A stretch of DNA of 64,000 bases from Octopus sinensis (taxonomy: Eukaryota). The DNA is taken from positions 104,966,001-105,030,000 of the forward strand of contig NC_042999.1 of assembly GCF_006345805.1 (NCBI RefSeq), written 5' to 3'. Positions 56,510-64,000 of this stretch are shown one piece after another. The notes under the pieces are model-generated. The model did no database searches, was not told the DNA's origin, and was given only the letters and a program-made list of their open reading frames with translations. Numbering within the stretch: position 1 is the stretch's first letter; each line of letters begins with the position of its first letter. The translations under genes were made by a program, and so were the position numbers.

Positions 56510-56860
56510 AACCCGTTTCTAATAGTGAAATATATGCCATAGCGTCGACTGTGGGCTGGTAGCTGTGTACAGTTGCCCAAATGTCGCCCAGAGCGAGCTC
56601 TGGTCGCCATAGCGTCGGCTATGGGCTGGTAGCTGTGTACTGTCCCCCAAATGTCGCCCAGGGCGAGCTCTGGTCGCCATAGCGTCGGCTGTGGGCTGGT
56701 AGCTGTGTACAGTCTCCCCAATGTTGCCCAGAGCTTTGTCCATGACACTCCCTGGACTCTAAGTATGGCATGTGTAAAATTTGAATGAAATTGGTTGCGT
56801 AGTTCTCAAGTTTTAGGGATTCACACAGACAGACACACATTCTCAGTTTCATATATATCG
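56510..56860 (-). mobile_element. Helitron-like fragment containing a 70-bp minisatellite; same family as 57581-57911
   Basis: 56740-56860 matches 57785-57911 (GACACTCCC...GGCATGTGTAAAATTTGAATGAAATTGGTT...ACAGACAGACAC...TATATAT.GAT). Confidence 0.7.
56536..56734. repeat. GC-rich 70-bp tandem repeat, about 2.8 copies
   Basis: The unit GCCATAGCGTCG...GAGCTCTGGTC starts at 56536, 56606 and 56676. Confidence 0.95.
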
Positions 56861-57580
56861 ATATACTAGCATTATGACCCTGTCGTTGCTGGATCATAGT
56901 GCTAGTGCATGTATATATGTGTATATACATATGTGTACATATTACATGTACATCTATATATATATATACATCTACACATAAAATACAAATTACAAAGTTA
57001 TATCTTGATATCGCTAGTGATAACAATACTCAAAATATATAAAAGACTTGAATTGTAGGCCCGTCTCTTACAATTTCGATCAATTGGATCTTGTCCTCCC
57101 TCTTGTATAGAAGTGTACGGCTGCAGCGAAATTCATTGTTGGACTTTCTTCTATCGAAGGCATTTTAAGAAAAGAGCTTCCGTAAAGACGGTGAAAATAT
57201 TGTCAATTACCCCAAAAAGGGACACAATTCAATTTTTAAACAATAACCAAAGCCCCTTCTCCGAAAGGGTGAGGGTTACGGTTTACAATTATTTAACAAA
57301 TACAACAAAACAACATTTGCCTTACGAGGAACGAACAAACGTGAATACAATAGTCAAATAGTAATAATAATAACAACAAACCTTTTTAATTTATCCCCAT
57401 TTATGTGAAACCACTTATTCAAGTTCAAGTCATTGATGCAATTTGATATGAATTGCTAATACACCCACCCACACACACACACACGCATATATATAATAAA
57501 GGTGAAAAATTGAATATTAATTTGATTAATATGAATTGAAAACCAGTGGTATAGCAATTAAGACCATTATGGGTCTTCTT

Positions 57581-57911
57581 CTAGCAAAATGGATGACCAC
57601 TGTTAATGGTTCATCCCTGTTATATAATACTTTCACTTTAATAGTTTCAGTATTAAAGTGAAAGTGTCTGCATTACGATAGAGATATGTTTTTGTTTCAC
57701 TTTTAACACGTAATACTGAAATAGAAGAGAATATATGATATTGCCGTGGGGTCGCCTGAGGCAAAAAGTTAAAATGTTTTTGCCGATGACACTCCCCGGA
57801 CCTTAAGTAAGGCATGTGTAAAATTTGAATGAAATTGGTTATAAAGTTCTGAAGTTTTAGGGAAACACACAGACAGACACACACACATTCTCAGTTTTAT
57901 ATATATAGAGA
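57581..57911 (-). mobile_element. non-autonomous Helitron-like element
   Basis: CTAG at 57581 next to hairpin GGATGACC/GGTTCATCC; the other end reads TATATATAGAGAT; an internal perfect 15-bp hairpin lies at 57629-57665. Confidence 0.65.
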
Positions 57912-57987
57912 TGTATGTGTGTGCATGTGTGTATGTGTTTGCGTGTATACGATACATTCATGCATATATATACATACACACACACAC

Positions 57988-58019
<32 letters not shown>

Positions 58020-60274
58020 TTGCGTGTGTGTGTGTGTGTGTGTGTGTGAGTGTCTGTGTAGACATGAGTATGTGTAGCTAGTGATTTATAATGACAGTTC
58101 TATTTTAGTGATCTAATTACTGTATATTTCCTGAAACAATGTTGTGGAGGTGTGTGTGGTATCGTTTCTTATCGCTTTTTATATACAGAAGCAGGCACAT
58201 TGACAGATATCGAACGAAATAAAGACACGTATATTTAGAGAGAGAGAGAGATAGAGAGATAGAGAGAGAGAGAGATGGGGAGAGGGGGAGAGAGAGAGTA
58301 TCCCCAAGGCATAAGCGGAGGAGGACTAGAGAAATATAATAGACACATAGAGAGATACATTTAGAGTGGAGAAAAGTGGAGATGCATATAGAAATAGACA
58401 AAATAAAGAGGAAGTACGATTTGATAGATGGGCGTGTTCATAATTTAGAGTACATTTATGCTTCTGGTAATCAATAAATGAATAACTAAAGAACAGGTAG
58501 ATTTTGAGTAATTTGCTAGTCGTAGCAGTAGTGTTTATGCTTCATTCTGGTGGCAGCGTTGCGATTCTCGTGATATTTAACGAAGCTTCGTGAATACAAT
58601 AATGGGTGGCGGTTAGCTTTAAGGCGAAGACTTAGTCTAAGTGCTTTTATTAGTGTGTAATCTACGAAAGGTACTCCATATGCCAGGTGGTTGAGTTAAC
58701 GTGGGGGACATATTAACTCTATCCTCAAGTGATATATCATGAGGCTTGACCTCAGACCTTAAAGACACGGAGTAATTACACCAATGCATTCTGCCCAGCG
58801 TTCTTACAAAGCCGCCAAACCTCCGCTCAAGATTGATGCTATTTTGTAGATTCAAAATGGAGGAAAATAAAACTTGACGTTGCAGTGATTTGACCTCAGA
58901 ACAAAGACAGACGGAACAAAGAACTCTTGGCAGTTTGCTAGCTTAGTTACTTCTATTGTTCGTTATTTTTGCTGGGGTGTTTTTCAGGCAATGATCATTC
59001 CCGCAAGAACAGTCATCTAGTGAAAAGCTTTCGGGCTAAAGCATACTTTTTATTTTTTTAGAACGCAATGCTTCTAGTCTTGCAAAATAGAGTAATGTGA
59101 TATTTGAAAATTTTGGTTAAACTTTCCTCCACATCAAATGATATTTAGCGAGATATAGGTTCCTCTGTTGTTTAGTATATGGTCCCTTTTTAACACTGGT
59201 ATCGAAATCATTAAATCAGATATAGCAGGTACCTCGTTTGGCAAAATAATATTTCCATAGCGTTTTCTTTAGTATTAAATATTACATTTCATATTAGATT
59301 TTATTTATGCATTTAGCTAGTTTGTGCCTCTTTAAGTGCTGCGCTTTATCGATGATGATAATCTCTCTATTACTATGCTCTTTGGATTTGCAGGGCTTGA
59401 GTCAACTTTGGAACATAAAACACATTAAATTTGTCCTAACGTTTGATTACGTATCAGTGTCAATATTTTTCATAAAGTGGCTTTCAAGTAAAGCGCTAAC
59501 CCACTACATACAACTTGCTTTTGTCCATAAGGTGCTTCGAAATTTTGAAATATATTACTTTCAGAAAACTTTTCACGTGTTTTACAAAACACCTATACAT
59601 ACACGATAAAAGTAGACATTTACATCAACTTAAATTAATTAGTTTGCAAAATGTTTTGACTACTGATTTAATTTATTGTCAATTAGCAATGCTGACAGAG
59701 GTGGTATATTATGTCAGAAAAGTAATCAATAAAAATCTTGTCTGACCACCTCTTCCTTTAAAATATATTCGACATTTTATAAAAATGTTCAATGCATTTC
59801 ATCTTACTTCTTTCGACTTTGGCAGCATGTCCTCGTTAATAGTTTCAAATTTTGGCACAGGTCCAGTGGGTCTTGAGTGGAGAAGTCAATGACACCAAAA
59901 CCCGTACTTTACGAGCATTTATTTTATTGAACCAGAGAGAAAGAAAGACGCAGTTAGCTTCAGCAGCATTTGAGCTCAAACTCCATTTTTCTATCATTGA
60001 GGAAGACATGTAACCGGACGAAATGCTTATCTGCATTTTGTCCGGCTGCATGTCCCCCCTAATAATAGAGAAATGGGGTTGAACAATTCCTTTTTTATGT
60101 AATTTTACAAGAAAGTGTCTACTATTTTATTTGAGGAATACTTCCTCTGTTAGCAACTTCGAATTATCTTTAAATATGTTAAAGGTTTTACGGTATCAAA
60201 AACACAGTTTCAATAAACACAATGTATTGCACAAGCAGATGCAATAGTTGACATGAAAGTGAAGGAGTCAGACA

Positions 60275-61093
60275 CAGGGGTTGGACAAAATAATGGAAAC
60301 ACCTAGCATCATAGCATTATAATTTTGAATTATCTACAAAACCGCCAAAAGCTTGTTTATTTTTATGTTTTTTTTATTATTTATTAGTTTTGCTTAATAT
60401 ATGTTGCTAAAATTGCTGTTCAAATATCATCGGAAAAAGGTAATTAAAATTTATTAAAATGACTGATCTATCGGACATCCAAAGAGGTCAAATTGTTGGT
60501 GCTCGTATGGCAGGCCCTAGTATAGCGAAAACAGCCGAAATATTTGGTGTATCAAGAAGTACTGTCTCGAAACCTATGACAGCCTTTGAAGAAGAAGGAA
60601 AGACCTCTTCGTCGAAACAAAACTCTGGAAGAAAATCAAAACTTTCAGATTGGGACCGTCGGACTCTTACGCGAATTGTTAGAAAGGATCACAAAAGTAC
60701 AGCTCCCAAAATTTTTGCAGAGCTTAATGACCACCTCGAGGACAAAGTTTCCACAAACATTATTCGCCGGGAGCTGCAAAAAGCTGGATTCTACGGGAGG
60801 GCTGCAATCAGTTAACCACTACTTCCAAAGGGAAATGTTGCAAAGCATTTAGAGTGTAGTAAAAACCTACAGAATTGGTCCCTAGAGCAGTGGAAGAATG
60901 TTATTTTCTCGGACGAGTCATACCTTTACCTTATTTCCGATCACCGGTCGAGTATACGTGTAGAGAGACAGCCAAAAAAAGCATTTTACCCAGACTGCCT
61001 TCTTACAACTGTTAAACATGGAGGAGAATCTATGATGATCTGGGGGGTTATATCTTGGATATCTGCCGGCCCAATAGTTTCCCTTCAAGGATC
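60275..61093 (+). mobile_element. Tc1-like transposon, 5' part
   Basis: TIR CAGGGGTTGGACAAAATAATGGAAACACC; MTDLSDIQRGQIVGARMAG...GVSRSTVS, SGRK, WKNVIFSDES and KHGGES motifs; 3'-truncated. Confidence 0.9.
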
Positions 61094-61224
61094 TCAATGT
61101 TATTGAACAATTATGGTTCATTTTAGAAAAACAAGTAAGGAGTCGATATTCCCTATCATTAACACTACAAGAACTGGAACTGTTTTAGCTGAAGAATGAA
61201 CAAAAAGAATAAAAGAATATAGAT

Positions 61225-61248
61225 ACAAACACACACATACACACATAC

Positions 61249-61283
<35 letters not shown>

Positions 61284-61321
61284 CAAATGTATGTATATAT
61301 GTATATATATATATATAAGCA

Positions 61322-61352
<31 letters not shown>

Positions 61353-61420
61353 GTATATATATATGGATGTATGTGTATATACATATAAATGTATGTATGT
61401 ATATATATATACGTACATAC
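61225..61420. repeat. (TA)n/(CA)n compound microsatellite
   Basis: Directly visible. Confidence 0.95.
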
Positions 61421-61870
61421 ATTTCCTTTAATAAATCCCATGATATTGCTTCAAACAAATCTTGATTCTTATGATTATACCCACTATGATTTCTGTTGAC
61501 TCCCTCACCCCTACCCCTAACCGTCCCGGCCATAGATATAAAAGGATTCAATAAAACTGGTCTATAAATTAAAACTGGCCCCATATAAATGTGACAAGCA
61601 AAATCTGTAACAAGTGTTTCCTCCTGATAACTTAGATTATCCAAGCAGCTAGAATGATAGAATGACCCTCATAAATTATGGAAAGCAGCACTGGTCTAAA
61701 TAAGATTCTTTTAACTTCTTCGATATAAGATACCGTAATGATAGAAATAATAATAATAATTTTGGTAAGAACATTAAATCCGGTAATGGTAAATTCATTA
61801 ATGGTACTGATGATAGTAGTGATAGAAATAGCGCACCTTGTGAAATTGAATATGAAAGAAATATAAGAAT

Positions 61871-61887
61871 GACTAATAATACAAATG

Positions 61888-61968
<81 letters not shown>

Positions 61969-61972
61969 TAAT
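61871..61972. repeat. (AAT)n
   Basis: Directly visible; abuts the Dong-like fragment. Confidence 0.95.
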
Positions 61973-62465
61973 AAACATGCCGCCTCATTGATATGGCTGT
62001 CCCAAACGATATAAACGTATCTATCAAAAACTGTGCAAATATAAAGATGTTGAAACAAAGATGAGCAAAATGTGGAACCTGAAGTCTAAACAATACCTGT
62101 TGTCATAGGTGCCCTGGGAATGATAGCGAAAGGGGCTGATTGCTACCTAACTCAGATATCAGGAAACCCCAAAATGGCAGAAATTCAAAAGATAGTGCTC
62201 ATGGGAACTGCTCATATCCTACGTAAAATACTTTCTATGTAATCTCAAGTTTTAAAACAAACATAATTTTCGTATGGTTTTTTTGTAGACATTCACTAGT
62301 ACAACACTAAGTACAAAACAAAATATATGGCACTCTAGACATAATACCAACATGAACGTCCAGCTTGTTGTCTGTTGAGGTCTCTGGGTGAGACTTGGAG
62401 CCAACTTGTATAAATGTAAAGCAAAAATCAAACATAGAATAATGATAATAATAATAATAATAAAT
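61973..62465 (+). mobile_element. R4/Dong-clade LINE 3' end (restriction-like endonuclease tail, 3'UTR, (AAT)n)
   Basis: TCRLIDMAVPND...KYKD...MW...IPVVIGALG...QKIVLMGTAHILRKILSM* with (AAT)n on both sides. Confidence 0.88.
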
Positions 62466-63660
62466 AAACCTTGGATTAAAGTACAATGAATACTGTGGAT
62501 CCTAGCATTGGAAAGAAGAAAGCAATCCGTATGCTGAATAATGCTAACTGTAGACCCCATAAAAGGCGCAAAATGTGTAATTGTAGGGACCCTCTAATAT
62601 GTCCAATTAGTGGAAATTGTTGCCAGGATAATGTTATTTATAAATGTAGCGTTGAAACGCAAAATGGCCAGAGAAAAATATATATTAGTAGTCCGATAGA
62701 CTTCAAGTAGAGATACCGAAGCCACCTACATTCTTTTAACAATCCTAAATATAGGACATCTACGATATTGGCATCATATGTAAATGACCTTAAGGAAAAG
62801 AATATTACATTCAAATGATCATGGTCTATCCTTACACACGCCCGTCCATATGGAATCGGATCCACTAGATGCGGTTTGTGCACCAGGAAAGCATACTTTA
62901 TATTAAAAAACAATAATCATGCTATGTTGAATAAATTTACTGATGCAATACCAGCTTGTACACATATGATCTACTCTACGTTCTTGAAGAAATTAAAAAA
63001 TAAAAATAAATATCAGAAACCACAACAACAAAAACAACAACAACAACAAAAACAATAATAATAATAATAATAATAATAATTATTATAATAATAATAATAA
63101 TATAATTAAAACATAATATAATATTAAATGAATAAATAAAACAATAGGTATAGTATAAGGTTGCAATAGTGTAATAGGTATGATTTAGGTAACTAATTTA
63201 ATAAAAACATGGGAATAAATTTAAAGTGCAATAATGGGTTAGTCTGGGTTGAACTTAGCACATGCTTTTACCATAGTCTTCTGATTATATGCTAATTAGG
63301 TAATATTAGATAACTATAAAGGTGATAAGCGCAATGGCAAAATTTTCCTTGAGTCACTGGTATGCAATTGTATAATTGCATTTCTGTATTTGTTTTTTTC
63401 TGTACTGTGTTAAAACATCGTGATGAGGGTAGTGTCAGGTTTAAAAATATGAAATATATCATATTACTTGTCACGTCTCTGAAACGGCCCGTAGATGGAA
63501 TTTTTAAATGTTGTAATATTTTCGTGGTATTTTAGTACGTCCTTTTAATGTTTTATCATATCAAATTTTATTACGCCGTTTTATTATAACTTTTAAATCT
63601 AAAATTCAGTGTTTTATATATCGATATTTATCTATTTATATGTATTTTTATATTTATATA
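62466..63660 (+). mobile_element. Penelope-like element 3' part: GIY-YIG endonuclease and terminal repeat with hammerhead
   Basis: CNCRDPLICPISGNC...VIYK...KIYI...FK*RYRSH...WSIL..A.PY...C.LC; hammerhead-like motif at 63416-63497. Confidence 0.85.
63416..63497 (+). ncRNA. type I hammerhead-like motif, probably inactive (C3 to G)
   Basis: Stem I CATC/GATG; core GTGATGA; long imperfect stem II; GAAA; stem III C-GGCCC-G; triplet GTA. Confidence 0.6.
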
Positions 63661-63930
63661 TTTGGAATTTTTACATCCGTTTTATTAATGTAGAAGAATA
63701 TTTGTATGTATTTGATTTTGAGTGTGGTTATTAGGTACTTCCAGTTTGTGCTTGTATTGCCTCTATTCAGATTATTAAGCGGAAAGTTGCTCACTTGGAA
63801 CACTACAACTCCAGGCTGTATATTATTTGTGAGTATTGTTAACATTAGTAATCTCAAAATAAAGCAGTGTATTTTGTATATATATACATGTATATATATA
63901 TATATATGTGTATATATATATATATATATA

Positions 63931-64000
63931 TACGACGGCATTTTTTTAGATTCCATCTACCAAATCCACCCACAACGCTTTGGTCAGCCAATGCTATAGT
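63931..64000 (-). mobile_element. SINE family C fragment cut by the window end
   Basis: CGACGG...TCTACCAAATCCAC.CACAA.GCTTTGGTC.GCC.A.GCTATAGT matches 32230-32300. Confidence 0.75.

Noticed and set aside
56536-56734. CRISPR-like array
   Set aside because: The repeats are contiguous with no unique spacers, there are no cas genes, and the context is eukaryotic.
59860-60008. Candidate coding exon VQWVLSGEVND...
   Set aside because: Weak donor, no recognised homolog, and its 3' part overlaps the decayed palindrome.
63654-63956. Cadherin-like stretch NNIQPGVVVFQV on the minus strand
   Set aside because: Lacks the DxD and DxNDN calcium-binding motifs, and the ORF start derives from (TA)n.

Overview
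AT-rich eukaryotic intergenic or intronic DNA, dense in microsatellites. The repeat families look like an octopus (coleoid cephalopod) genome; this is inferred from memory of those families, not from a search. No intact host gene, rRNA, true tRNA or CRISPR array can be supported, and most ORF-track entries are microsatellite read-throughs or antisense shadows. The window is a layered transposon graveyard: two long RTE LINEs; R4/Dong, Tx1/L1, CR1 and Penelope-like (PLE) relics; five Tc1/mariner-superfamily relics plus an older DD41D-like trace; several non-autonomous Helitrons; and three tRNA-derived SINE families. The most interesting signals lie in RNA structure and junctions: three PLE-type minimal hammerhead ribozymes from different families (one with an intact core, two with core variants) plus a fourth relic; two long hairpins, one pre-miRNA-like; a highly structured RTE 5'UTR with pseudoknots; a ~67-bp target-site duplication around one RTE; a fold-back scar in a Helitron; a templated-insertion scar in a mariner; and a few candidate micro-exons. 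All alignments and folds were done by eye, so boundaries may be off by a few bases.
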